In this document: in pieces, positions 30,217 to 40,583 of the stretch
Layout: every line of letters starts with the position of its first letter
Position numbering within the stretch: position 1 is the first letter of the stretch
Source: Nitrosopumilus sp.
Lineage (GTDB): Archaea > Thermoproteota > Nitrososphaeria > Nitrososphaerales > Nitrosopumilaceae
Reading direction: 5' to 3'
Assembly (NCBI GenBank): GCA_965205675.1
Contig: OZ242186.1
Span: forward strand, 1,696,001-1,760,000
Length of the DNA stretch: 64,000 nt
Notes under the pieces: generated by a model
Seen by the model: only the letters and a program-made list of their open reading frames with translations
Databases searched by the model: none
What the model was told of the DNA's origin: nothing
Translations under genes and position numbers: made by a program

Positions 30217-31438
30217 TTTTATTCTCCAATATTTCAATTTCTTTTCGCAATAAAGATTCTGTCTCTTTAATGGATTTGTTAATAGAGTTGGAAATTTTCT
30301 TCAAATCCTCAAATTCAATTTTAAAATCAATATTACCTTTAAATGAAGATTTTTTGTAACTAATTTGATAAGAATTCCCGTTTAGAGATAATGAAACATT
30401 ATGAATAGAACGCGGTACGATAAATCGATTAGAATTAAAAATTCTGATTCCTAAAGTACCAGTTTCTAATACCAGTGTATCAACAACATTATCTACAGTT
30501 ACATCATCACATATTACAGATACAAGATTAGTAGGTCTGCCTTTCTTTGTAATTCCGTGATAAATTGAAACGTCACGTGCTCCCTTTCCCATAATTTTTT
30601 CAATCAAATTTCCCAATATTTCACCTGAAATATCATCTACGTTTGTTTCTAAAATTTTCACAGAATCAACATCTAAATGATTTTCAGCACCATGGATTAT
30701 TTTTAGAACATTAGCAAAAGTGTCAAAATCTTTTTGACCTGCACCATAACCTATAGAATTAACCTTCATTGGTGGATAATATTCCAGAGAATCATGAGTC
30801 AAATTTACCAAAATGCAGGCCCCAGTCGGAGTAGTAAGTTCTTCATTTGAATCATTTCCTTTAATGATCAAATTTGAATTTTTGAAAATTTCCAATATTG
30901 CACTAGCTGGATTAGACATAGTACCATGAGAAAATCTAACAGATCCCCCACCAACAGAAATAGGTAAACAAAAGATCTTTTCATCAAACAGATCTAGATC
31001 ATTTAAAGCAATTGTAGTTCCAACAATATCTATCAAGGTGTCAATACTAGAGGTCTCATGAAAATGAACAGAATCTTCAGAGATTCCATGAATTTTTGAT
31101 TCTGAAGAAATCAAAGTATCAATGCAAGATTTAGCAAAGAAACTAGCTTTTTCTGATAGTCCTAATTCATCTATAGAACTAACAATTGCATTTTTTATTT
31201 CAATTCCTTTTCGTTCATGAAGATGCTCATCAAGTTCTAAAACTAAACAACAAGATTCAATTCCATGTTTTTGAACTTTATCAAAACCAATTTTCTGAAT
31301 AATAGAATCTGGAAGAAATTTTGCAGACTGTTTAACTCCAGAAATTATTTTGTCTTTATTTGCACCTAGATCTACCAAAGAACACAGAAGCATATCTCCA
31401 GAAATACCTGCAATTTGTGGATCTATCACGATAACCAT
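30203..31438 (-). CDS. larC: Nickel-insertion protein LarC
   Basis: GISGDML, VHFHE, TPTGA, ETNVDD, ETGTLGIR. Confidence 0.93.
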   Translation of the reverse strand: MVIVIDPQIAGISGDMLLCSLVDLGANKDKIISGVKQSAKFLPDSIIQKIGFDKVQKHGIESCCLVLELDEHLHERKGIEIKNAIVSSIDELGLSEKASFFAKSCIDTLISSESKIHGISEDSVHFHETSSIDTLIDIVGTTIALNDLDLFDEKIFCLPISVGGGSVRFSHGTMSNPASAILEIFKNSNLIIKGNDSNEELTTPTGACILVNLTHDSLEYYPPMKVNSIGYGAGQKDFDTFANVLKIIHGAENHLDVDSVKILETNVDDISGEILGNLIEKIMGKGARDVSIYHGITKKGRPTNLVSVICDDVTVDNVVDTLVLETGTLGIRIFNSNRFIVPRSIHNVSLSLNGNSYQISYKKSSFKGNIDFKIEFEDLKKISNSINKSIKETESLLRKEIEILENKNANS

Positions 31439-31527
31439 GATTAAAAATCATCAAAAATGCTTATAAATTCGACTAATGTTTCAAAAATTTCACTAGATTT
31501 AATTATTGAAAATTAATGCTGATTTTT

Positions 31528-32442
31528 ATGATCACAATTATCGGATCTGGGAAAGTAGGTGGAGATGCAGCGTTATTTTCAGCACTAAAGCGATTAGATG
31601 ATCAAATTTTATTATTAGATGTAGCTGAGGGTCTTCCACAAGGAGAAGCAATGGACATTAATCATATGCTATCAGAGCAAGGAATTGATGTTGAAGTAAA
31701 AGGTTCTAATGATTTTGCAGACATGAGGGGTTCAGATGTTGTAGTGGTAGTAGCAGGTTCTGGAAGAAAACCAGGAATGACAAGAATGGATCTTTTAAAA
31801 ATTAATGCATCAATAGTAAAGAGTGTAGTAGAAAATGTAAAAAAATATGCAGATAATTCCATGATTATTCCGGTTACTAATCCACTAGATCCAATGACAT
31901 ACATCACTTACAAAGTCTCAGGATTTGACAGAAGCAGGGTTTTCGGTATGGGAGGAATGCTAGATTTATCAAGATTTAGACAATTTATTCATGAAGCAAC
32001 TAAACATTCACGTGATTCCATCAGAGCACTGGTAATTGGAGAACATGGAGAAAATATGCTACCATTACCAAGATTTTCATCAGTGTCAGGAATTCCTCTA
32101 TCATCTTTTCTTCCAAAAGAAAAATTAGATGAACTTGTGATTAATACAAAACAAGTTGCAGCTAAAGTAATTGAATTAAAAGGCGCCACAGTTCATGCAC
32201 CAGGAAACGCAATTTCTGCAATTGTGGAATCAGTTGTAAGGGATAGGAAACAAGTCATACCAGTTGCAACATATTTGGATGGAGAGTATGGACATTCGGA
32301 TGTTACAATTGGAGTTCCAGCAATTATTGGAAAGAAAGGAGTAGAGAAGATTGTCGAATTGGATCTAAATGATGAGGAAAAACAAGTGTTTGATAAAGCA
32401 GTTGAGAGTGTAAAAGGTGCCATTTCAGGTATTGAAATCTAA
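31528..32442 (+). CDS. mdh: Malate dehydrogenase (LDH-like)
   Basis: [26 protein letters not shown]. Confidence 0.95.
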   Translation: MITIIGSGKVGGDAALFSALKRLDDQILLLDVAEGLPQGEAMDINHMLSEQGIDVEVKGSNDFADMRGSDVVVVVAGSGRKPGMTRMDLLKINASIVKSVVENVKKYADNSMIIPVTNPLDPMTYITYKVSGFDRSRVFGMGGMLDLSRFRQFIHEATKHSRDSIRALVIGEHGENMLPLPRFSSVSGIPLSSFLPKEKLDELVINTKQVAAKVIELKGATVHAPGNAISAIVESVVRDRKQVIPVATYLDGEYGHSDVTIGVPAIIGKKGVEKIVELDLNDEEKQVFDKAVESVKGAISGIEI

Positions 32443-32475
32443 GCATTTTTTTAGAATAACAGAGAAAACTTTTCA

Positions 32476-33258
32476 ATGGAAATTCATGGGATTTTAGAGT
32501 CATTAAAAGAAGGGAAGATTTCAGTGAATAATGCAAAAAAATTATTGTCACTTTATTCCATTGAAGAAGTAGAAGGATTTGCTAAGATTGATATCAATAG
32601 AAGAAAAAGAAGAGGGATTCCAGAAGTAATTTTTGCTGAAACAAAAGAATTAGATGAAATTAAAAAAATTGCAAAAAAGATATTAGAAAAAACAAATTCA
32701 GTAATTATATCAAGAATTAAAAAAGAAGATTATCCAAAAATTTTAACATTTTCAAAGAGATTAAAAGTAAAGATAAAGACAGGCAAAAACTCATCATCAT
32801 TATTGTTATTTAAAAAACCAATTAAATTTCAAGGTGGGAAAATAGGAATTATAACAGCAGGCACATCAGATATTGGTGTTGCAGAAGAATCAAGATTGAT
32901 GTGTGAAGCAATGAACTGTAAATGCATTACAAGTTATGACGTAGGAGTAGCAGGAATTCAAAGAATATTTCCAACATTAAAAAAAATAGTAGATGAGGAT
33001 GTAGATTGCATAATAGTTGCAGCAGGTATGGAGGGAGCTTTGGCCACACTAGTTTCAACATTAGTAGACATACCAATTATTGGAATTCCAACATCAGTAG
33101 GATATGGATATGGAGAAAAAGGAATTGCGGCTCTTGCATCTATGCTTCAAAGCTGTTCATTAGGATTATCAGTGGTGAACATAGACAATGGAATTGCGGC
33201 TGGCGGAATAGCTGCAAATATTGCAAATAGAATGATCAAGAAAACTAATTCAAAATAG
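32476..33258 (+). CDS. larB: Nickel-pincer cofactor carboxylase/hydrolase LarB
   Basis: TAGTSD, DVGVAG, AGMEGAL, PTSVGYG, VNIDNG. Confidence 0.93.
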   Translation: MEIHGILESLKEGKISVNNAKKLLSLYSIEEVEGFAKIDINRRKRRGIPEVIFAETKELDEIKKIAKKILEKTNSVIISRIKKEDYPKILTFSKRLKVKIKTGKNSSSLLLFKKPIKFQGGKIGIITAGTSDIGVAEESRLMCEAMNCKCITSYDVGVAGIQRIFPTLKKIVDEDVDCIIVAAGMEGALATLVSTLVDIPIIGIPTSVGYGYGEKGIAALASMLQSCSLGLSVVNIDNGIAAGGIAANIANRMIKKTNSK

Positions 33259-33318
33259 TATTTCAGGACTAGTCATTCTCGTAAATGATATATAATATAT
33301 CTAAACGAGTTTGGATAG

Positions 33319-34899
33319 TTGACTGGTAAACGTGTTGTACTTACTGCTGATCGTAGTTTAATGACAAATTATAGAGGAAATTTTCTTTATGGATTTATTG
33401 CATGTGGTCCTTACGAAGTACTACCAGAATGGGTTTTTGACAAGGTATTCTGTCCATCTGTTGAAACAGATCATATTACAGGAGAAGTCAAAGTTGCCCA
33501 AGTGGGATTAAGAAGGATTGAAAGTTCTTTGATTCAAGGAGGATATAAAAAAGAAGATGTCTTTATGGCACATCCCGAAATGTTGCATAAATCAATTGGG
33601 CCAGACACTAAAGTTGTAGGGATTAATGTGATGGATCCACTGGGTATGGCTCCAGTTACAACTACAATGTCACCAGAAAAATTATCCTATGTTGCAATGA
33701 AATTTAAAAAAATGTGCGCAAACATAATTCAACTCAAAAAGAAATATGATTTCAAAGTTGTTGTTGGGGGAAATGGGGCATGGGAATTAGCTAAATCAGA
33801 TAGAATGAAAATTCATGGAATTGATACTGTTGTAGTAGGCGAAGCAGATGAGCTAGCCGTAGATTTATTTCAAGATTTAGAAAAAAATGATGCACCAGAA
33901 CTAATGCATTGCTTCGTAAGAAATCTTGAAAACATTCCAGTAATTGAAGGTCCTACCATTAATTCATTGATTGAAGCAATGCGGGGTTGTGGAAGAGGAT
34001 GTGACTTTTGTGATGTAAATAAAAGATCAAAGAAAGACTTGCCATTAGATAGATTACAAAAAGAAGCTAAAACAAATTTGGATTATGGATTTGATTCAAT
34101 ATGGTTACACTCTGATGAAATGTTACTTTATGGATGTGATAACAGGGACTTTGTTCCAAACAGAGACGCAATTGTTGATTTATGGAAAGGGTTGAAAGGA
34201 TTAGGTGCAAATTTTGTGGGAACAACACATATGACATTTTCTGCAGTCGCAGCAGACCCCACGCTAATGCAACAGATTTCTCACATTAATGAACAAGATA
34301 GAACGGGGAGATGGCTTGCAACTAATCTAGGTATTGAAACAGTAGCACCAGACATGGTAAAGAAACACTTGGGTGTAAAAACAAAACCATTTGCACCAGA
34401 AGAATGGGGCAGTGTTGTAAGAGAAGGCGCAAAAATACTAAATGAAAATCACTGGTTCCCAGCTGCAACCATCATTATTGGTTGGCCTGATGAAACACCT
34501 GATGATATTCAATATACAATAGACATGATGAGTGACTTTAGGGAAATGAATTTTAGAGGATTAGTTGCACCACTACTATACCAAGACTTTAGTGAAAAGA
34601 ACTCTATGCACTTTGGAAATCTCAATGAAGCACAATTCACATTATTTTGGAAGTGTTGGGAAAATAATTTGCGTGTAATTAACGATATCATTCCAATTAT
34701 TCTCAGAAACAAAACCTACGGTCCTCCAATGAAAGTATTCATGTATGGAATTCTTAAAGCAGGTACTTGGGCAATAATGAGGTATTTGAGAGGATTGTGT
34801 AAAGATTTGTTTAATGGCAGAACTCCAGACGAAATTATAGGCAAATATGCCAGAAGTAGATCAGTGTCTGCACCTAAAATTCAAACAAAGAAACTATAG
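33319..34899 (+). CDS. Radical SAM protein with B12-binding-like N-terminal region
   Basis: RGCGRGCDFC (CxxxCxxC); VVGG and VVGEAD motifs. Confidence 0.88.
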   Translation: MTGKRVVLTADRSLMTNYRGNFLYGFIACGPYEVLPEWVFDKVFCPSVETDHITGEVKVAQVGLRRIESSLIQGGYKKEDVFMAHPEMLHKSIGPDTKVVGINVMDPLGMAPVTTTMSPEKLSYVAMKFKKMCANIIQLKKKYDFKVVVGGNGAWELAKSDRMKIHGIDTVVVGEADELAVDLFQDLEKNDAPELMHCFVRNLENIPVIEGPTINSLIEAMRGCGRGCDFCDVNKRSKKDLPLDRLQKEAKTNLDYGFDSIWLHSDEMLLYGCDNRDFVPNRDAIVDLWKGLKGLGANFVGTTHMTFSAVAADPTLMQQISHINEQDRTGRWLATNLGIETVAPDMVKKHLGVKTKPFAPEEWGSVVREGAKILNENHWFPAATIIIGWPDETPDDIQYTIDMMSDFREMNFRGLVAPLLYQDFSEKNSMHFGNLNEAQFTLFWKCWENNLRVINDIIPIILRNKTYGPPMKVFMYGILKAGTWAIMRYLRGLCKDLFNGRTPDEIIGKYARSRSVSAPKIQTKKL

Positions 34900-35226
34900 A
34901 TTTTGGATAGCAACGTCTGCTATAGTATTTCTTTTTGGAGTTAAAGAGATAAAGTAAATTTTGTCTGCTCGTTCTATGCTTTCAACCTTTTTGAAAGATT
35001 TTGAGGTTATATCAAATTCATAGATTCCAGGTTCAAGGGAACCTTTTGCATAAAGCATAAGATAAGTTTCTCCAGTTGCAGGACTAAGAGGAATAAAAGA
35101 CATCACATATCCTTTGTAAGAATTAATCGGCATAGTATTTTTCATTGGAGGAGCAGCAGATGCCATATACATTAGAATGTCTTGGATTGATTCAAATTCT
35201 TCATATTCAACATGCATATGATTCAT
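34894..35226 (-). CDS. Hypothetical protein
   Basis: 110-aa ORF convergent with the radical SAM gene. Confidence 0.7.
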   Translation of the reverse strand: MNHMHVEYEEFESIQDILMYMASAAPPMKNTMPINSYKGYVMSFIPLSPATGETYLMLYAKGSLEPGIYEFDITSKSFKKVESIERADKIYFISLTPKRNTIADVAIQNL

Positions 35227-35263
35227 AATGTGTTTCAGTATAATAACCTAGAGTAAAATAAGA

Positions 35264-36355
35264 TTATTTACGAGATTTAATAATTTGGCTAACTTTGAAT
35301 CCTACTAATGCAGGTGCTACAATATACATTCCCAAGTTCAAAATAATCACAGAAATGCCCAATCCCAAAACTTCTGCTTCTGAACCTTGATCAGCCAAAG
35401 ACATGATTGATAATGTTGAAAGCATTGGAGTGATGAGAGTCTTTACTGTTTCTTTAAACATTGGATTTTCTCTTTCCCAATCTGCAACTGTTGGTGCAAA
35501 CGAATAATATATTGTGTTAAAGCCTAACATGAATGATGTACCAGAAGTAGTACTAAATAGCGTATTATCTCTAATTTCTCTAAGTAATTGTACTTGTGGT
35601 GCTAACTCAGTACCATAAGCAGCTGTTGCAATAAGACAACCTCCGCCATCTTCAACACATACACCATCTTTGAATGAGAATCCATCAGGACACTCAGGTG
35701 TTGGAATAGGTACACAGAAACCCTGTGGACCAAGTTCAGTTCCAGGACCACACTTTATTGGTTCTGGAGCAACAGGTTCTACTGGTGCAACAGGTTCTAC
35801 TGGTGGTTCAGGCGTAGTTGGTTCTACTGGTGGTGGTTCAGGCGTAGTTGGTTCTACTGGTGGTGCAACAGTGTTGCCACCTCCAGTTATAGCATCACCA
35901 GTACCTCCAGTAAATTCAAACAAAACACTAGATTTCAAATTAGGACCATAATTTGCACTTATAGTATAATCACCTGCAGTTTTCCATTGACCACCATCAG
36001 CAATCATTTCGACGTTAAATGAGCCATCAGACGCAGGAGTCAATTGAGCTACTTGAACTATAGTTTTAGTTGGGGAAAAAATTATCATAGTTACAGCACC
36101 ATCATCTGAAGAAAGATCTTCATAATTATCTATCTTACCAGAAATTTTAATCAGATTGCCTTGACTATAAAGATCAAGATCGGTGGTTATACCAAGATCA
36201 TTTTTAACGAGTTCATCAAAAGCACTAACACATTGACCATTGACTATAACTTCATCTGAACCACAGGAAATTTGAGCAAAGGCAGTACCAGATATTCCGT
36301 TAGATAATATAATTAACATAAGTACACTTAGTGTAATTACCCCAGATAATTTCAT
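35264..36355 (-). CDS. Secreted protein with CFI-box-CTERM domain and Pro-rich linker
   Basis: Signal peptide, PPVEPTTPE repeats, GGGCLIATAAYGTELAPQVQ, C-terminal TM. Confidence 0.9.
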   Translation of the reverse strand: MKLSGVITLSVLMLIILSNGISGTAFAQISCGSDEVIVNGQCVSAFDELVKNDLGITTDLDLYSQGNLIKISGKIDNYEDLSSDDGAVTMIIFSPTKTIVQVAQLTPASDGSFNVEMIADGGQWKTAGDYTISANYGPNLKSSVLFEFTGGTGDAITGGGNTVAPPVEPTTPEPPPVEPTTPEPPVEPVAPVEPVAPEPIKCGPGTELGPQGFCVPIPTPECPDGFSFKDGVCVEDGGGCLIATAAYGTELAPQVQLLREIRDNTLFSTTSGTSFMLGFNTIYYSFAPTVADWERENPMFKETVKTLITPMLSTLSIMSLADQGSEAEVLGLGISVIILNLGMYIVAPALVGFKVSQIIKSRK

Positions 36356-36416
36356 ACTTAAAAATAATCAATTATTTAGAGTATTTATGTTTTCAATGAA
36401 AGAAAAATTGACCTGA

Positions 36417-39400
36417 TTATATTCTTATGATACTTTTTTTGACCAAGTATTGAATCGATTTTGTAAAGTCTTCATCAGAGATTTGATCATTTGCCCACCA
36501 CTTTGCATTATTTTTAATCCAATCAGGTATTTCTTTATCAGAAATAGAGATAGTATCGGGGGAAATTGCTATCAACCCTTCCTCAATCATATATTCAATT
36601 GTATCAATGAATTCATCATCAGATACAATATCTGCAGACCACCACTTTGCATTATTTTTAATCCAATCAGGTAAAATTGGATTAGATACTACAAATGAAA
36701 CTGTCTTAACATAGGAATTGTTGTGAGATAGATAAATTTCATATATCCCAGATAATGAATTTTCATCAATTGAAATTATAGTTCTATAATTGCCAGTATT
36801 AGACAAGGTTGCAGCAAAATTTCTGGTACTGCCATCAGGAAATGTGATAGCTACTGATAAAGGAATATCTCGTCTAGAATTATCTATTTTTCCAGAAAGA
36901 ACAATCTCTTCTACATTTCCAGAAGGGGGTTTTGTAACCTCATATACACTAAGCTGAGGAGAATTAAGATACAAAGTAGATTTATTGTTTAGTAAACTGA
37001 AAATATTTGAATTGCCAAGATTATCTCTATAATCAAAATATTTTGCATCAAGACTTCCACCAGCTGAAGAAATTAATCCAGTTCCCGATTTGTTGCATAT
37101 TTTTGAAGGCATTTTAAAGGAACCTTCAAAAACTCCGGTAGCAGGTCCGGTTTCTCTTAGAGTGAAGCCACTAGCACTCAGACCGCCATATTCAACACCA
37201 TCAACAGTACAGCGCTTGTAACGAATATCTTTAATCAAAACTTCAAACAAAGTTATTCCATCTCTTCCAACAGTGTCCACATTTGAAGAGGTCGGATCAT
37301 TGATTACAGAATAAATATCAATTAGATCATTTTTTAAATTAAGATCAGGATCATGTAATGTCAAGGTAACAGATTGACCAAATCTATAAGATTGTGAATT
37401 AGAAGTCAATACGCCAGAAATTGTACCGACATCAGACTTTGTAGATGTTGGTGTAAAAATTCCAGTAACATCAAGATCAGAATATGAAATAGAGATACCC
37501 TCATCATCAATTAATCTATCAGTAACAATGAATTGGATTTGATCATCTATGGGTTGAATTGTTTGAATAAATGCAGGATCCAAAATATTTAATTGATTTG
37601 CAACAGAATATTCTAAAGTTCCATTAAATGTAGAAGAATTATCAGAAGTTTCTTCTAATTCAAAACGATATATCGCATTATTTACATCGTTAGAATTTAC
37701 AAGTCCAAATGAAAAGAGATCAAATATAATTGGTTGCGAATTAACTTCATTCAAGATGGTGCCAACACTTGTACTATCATTTGAAGAATCAAAATTGATT
37801 ACAAGATAAGCAGAGCCGCTTTTATTAAAAATTGATTGTACATCAGAATCATCTAATTGAATAAAACCTTGAGGTGAAGACAAATCTCCAGACTCGACAA
37901 GGGTTACAGATGAAGATCCTATAGTATCAAAAGATAATTCAATAGTGGTATCAGAGAAATCAGATATTTCAAAATCATTTGTAAAAGATCTCAAATCATA
38001 GTTAATCCAATTAGTACCATAATGATTTGAAAGAGAGGTATCAATTAATCTAGACTGCAAGTCAGAGGCTGAAAATCCGAGATTTAGAGAAATTTTCTCA
38101 AAATCATCATTAATAAGAATAGAGGTATCAATGACTAGTCGTGCTGAATTTTTATCAGGGACCGAGGAATTGGCAGGGATGCTATTAGTCAGTGAATCAG
38201 TAGACAGTGTGAAGAAATTAATATCATAAGCATTCTGAAGCGTGACTGGCTTTCCAATTCTTAGGGTGGGAATAACAGTAAAATCATTGAAAACATCCAA
38301 ATCATCCTGCGAATCTGAATTAATATTTTGATCAAAGTCAACTAAAACAACAGGGATTTTGGTTCCAGGTTTTAATGATTGAGTGCCATCACCCATAGTA
38401 AGAGTAGGATCATTCAAAGATACCGTAGCTGATGAAGAACCAGTAAGAACAGAAATCGATTTGTCATTATACGTAATTAAACCAGATAGATCTCTAGGGG
38501 CATCATCTAAAATTCCCAAAGTAGATTGATCTTTAAAATCACCATTATCAAAAATACCAGAATTTGGACCATCTTCAACTAACGTAGTAATTTCAGAATA
38601 GGTGATAGTCCCATCAAAAACACTAGTATCAGGTTGTTCACCATTTGATTGTAATTCAAGGATAGAACCAAGATTTACAAAAAGTTTACCATTGTCTTCA
38701 AATCCAATATCTGAAAGATGTGAGAGTAAATCTACCAACCCTGCACCATTATTTGCAGAGTCAAAGCCATCATCATCATATGCTTGATAAAAAGTAGAAG
38801 GAGAAGATCCTACATCAAAAGTCCAAGAGTCTTCATCTGTTGGATCTTGATTTAGTTGTAAATCACTTACAGTTAGAAAAACTTCGGCATTCTTTGGATA
38901 TAGATCTCTATCAAGACTCAAAGAAATATTTGGAATTTCATCATATTTCAATGAAACCTGTTGAGACGAACCGCCAGAATTGTATTGAATTACTACATCA
39001 CCAAATGAAAAAAGTTGAATCAATGGCCAAGCATTAGAATCCAATCCAATTTGTCCAGTTGGAATATTAGAATTTGTGTTAATTGACTTTGCATTTCGTA
39101 CTACATTATTCCAATTTGTACCAGATGGAGAACTAGTACACGAAGTAAATGAAGAAGTCCCATCAGTAGAACCAGTTGTAGAACGAGGTACTGCGAATCC
39201 ATCAGTTTCAGAAAGAGAAATTCCCATAACAGATGTCAACGTATCTTGACTACAAAATACTCCAAAATCTAATCCAGTACCAGATAAACCAACAGTAGAA
39301 TCGGCTTCCTTGGCTTTTTCAACATTTGCAAAATAAGCATACCAGTTACCATTAGTTACCTGAACCATTCGTAATGACTTTCCATTAATCGTAACATCGG

Positions 39401-39602
39401 GTTCACCTTTTTTACTATCAGTATCACGTAGATTTGGGTCAATAACTATCACTTCAATCACCATAGAGCCAGCGAAATGATTCTCAAATTGAGAATTTTC
39501 AGCAGATACAAACAAATTAGAATTACTTGACGCCTCAATATCAGCAGGGACTAACAACAGTAGCAAAGAGGTCAAAGGTAAAATGAAATATCTTTTATTC
39601 AA
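36417..39602 (-). CDS. Large secreted S-layer-like protein with two PDWIKNNAKWW repeats
   Basis: Signal peptide, D/S/T-rich, ETGPATGVFEG-type motifs, tandem C-terminal (I/L)PDWIKNNAKWW domains. Confidence 0.85.
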   Translation of the reverse strand: MNKRYFILPLTSLLLLLVPADIEASSNSNLFVSAENSQFENHFAGSMVIEVIVIDPNLRDTDSKKGEPDVTINGKSLRMVQVTNGNWYAYFANVEKAKEADSTVGLSGTGLDFGVFCSQDTLTSVMGISLSETDGFAVPRSTTGSTDGTSSFTSCTSSPSGTNWNNVVRNAKSINTNSNIPTGQIGLDSNAWPLIQLFSFGDVVIQYNSGGSSQQVSLKYDEIPNISLSLDRDLYPKNAEVFLTVSDLQLNQDPTDEDSWTFDVGSSPSTFYQAYDDDGFDSANNGAGLVDLLSHLSDIGFEDNGKLFVNLGSILELQSNGEQPDTSVFDGTITYSEITTLVEDGPNSGIFDNGDFKDQSTLGILDDAPRDLSGLITYNDKSISVLTGSSSATVSLNDPTLTMGDGTQSLKPGTKIPVVLVDFDQNINSDSQDDLDVFNDFTVIPTLRIGKPVTLQNAYDINFFTLSTDSLTNSIPANSSVPDKNSARLVIDTSILINDDFEKISLNLGFSASDLQSRLIDTSLSNHYGTNWINYDLRSFTNDFEISDFSDTTIELSFDTIGSSSVTLVESGDLSSPQGFIQLDDSDVQSIFNKSGSAYLVINFDSSNDSTSVGTILNEVNSQPIIFDLFSFGLVNSNDVNNAIYRFELEETSDNSSTFNGTLEYSVANQLNILDPAFIQTIQPIDDQIQFIVTDRLIDDEGISISYSDLDVTGIFTPTSTKSDVGTISGVLTSNSQSYRFGQSVTLTLHDPDLNLKNDLIDIYSVINDPTSSNVDTVGRDGITLFEVLIKDIRYKRCTVDGVEYGGLSASGFTLRETGPATGVFEGSFKMPSKICNKSGTGLISSAGGSLDAKYFDYRDNLGNSNIFSLLNNKSTLYLNSPQLSVYEVTKPPSGNVEEIVLSGKIDNSRRDIPLSVAITFPDGSTRNFAATLSNTGNYRTIISIDENSLSGIYEIYLSHNNSYVKTVSFVVSNPILPDWIKNNAKWWSADIVSDDEFIDTIEYMIEEGLIAISPDTISISDKEIPDWIKNNAKWWANDQISDEDFTKSIQYLVKKSIIRI

Positions 39603-39635
39603 TATTTCTAAAATCCTATTCTATCACAAATAACG

Positions 39636-40136
39636 TTGTCGCATCATTGTTCCTTTATCTATATTCTCAAATTAGTTCACCCCGTCATTTCCAGACTAAG
39701 ATTAGGATACATTTGGAAAAGAGGAAAGAATTACAGAATCATGCAAAAGATAGTAGATCCAACCCAAATATCATGGATAATCAAATCAAAAGAGATGGAG
39801 ATAAGAATGCCGATGTTGCCTCACAGTTTGAGATGGAACTGATATAATTGGAGATAAAACATATCCTTGCAAGAGCGAACCATTCACAGACAAATGGAAA
39901 ACTGGAGCAATTTCACGGTAAGATCCAAAGAAAGCAAAAATGGTTTGATGGAATCGATGAGTTGGTTCACTGATAATCACATAAAGCCACACATGTCACT
40001 TGGCTGGGACAATCGGGAGACGCCTACAAAAGCATATGTGAGAAAGATGCCAGAGAAAGAAACAAGAATTATTGATAAGTAGACAGGAGAAGAATATGAT
40101 GTGGGATAAGGGACGAACTAATTTTTGGATATAACA
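39636..40136 (+). mobile_element. IS481-family remnant with internal deletion
   Basis: N-terminus MQKIVDPTQISWIIK; core KHILARANHSQTNGKLEQFHG and NHIKPHMSL...TP in shifted frames; boundaries approximate. Confidence 0.75.
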
Positions 40137-40306
40137 GTTGGTGTTTACGTTTGAAAATGCCTAAATATGGCCCAATCCGGTTGAAATTGAACAATAATTG
40201 CTTAATTCATTACATATTTTATTCTACAAATCAACGAAAACTTCTAACTTGTACATACAAGTAAGCAAGAAAAAATAGGAGTACAAATTAAGGTTCGGCA
40301 ATAATT

Positions 40307-40537
40307 ATGGCAGATGAAATTTCCACATTGATGAATAACAGTAAAGATAAAGTTGTATTACTTAGATTAAGAAATGTCAAAACCATACAAGGAATCCTCA
40401 AAGATTTTGATATTCATATGAATCTTACATTAGATGATGCTGAAGATATTTCTGAAGAAAAACATGAAAAACTTGGAAAAATATTGCTTCGTGGAGATAA
40501 TATTTTGGCCGTTTCTTTACCTGAAGAAGAATCTTAG
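40307..40537 (+). CDS. Sm-like (Lsm/SmAP) RNA-binding protein
   Basis: GILKDFDIHMNLTL, LLRGDNI. Confidence 0.95.
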   Translation: MADEISTLMNNSKDKVVLLRLRNVKTIQGILKDFDIHMNLTLDDAEDISEEKHEKLGKILLRGDNILAVSLPEEES

Positions 40538-40583
40538 AAATTTCTCATCAAACGTTAAATTCATTCAGTCTTTGTTTTAGTAT

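Noticed and set aside
15753-40255. Shared TGTACA (15753-15758 and 40250-40255) as the exact inversion breakpoints
   Set aside because: A 6-bp match in AT-rich DNA is expected by chance and cannot be supported without a reference alignment.
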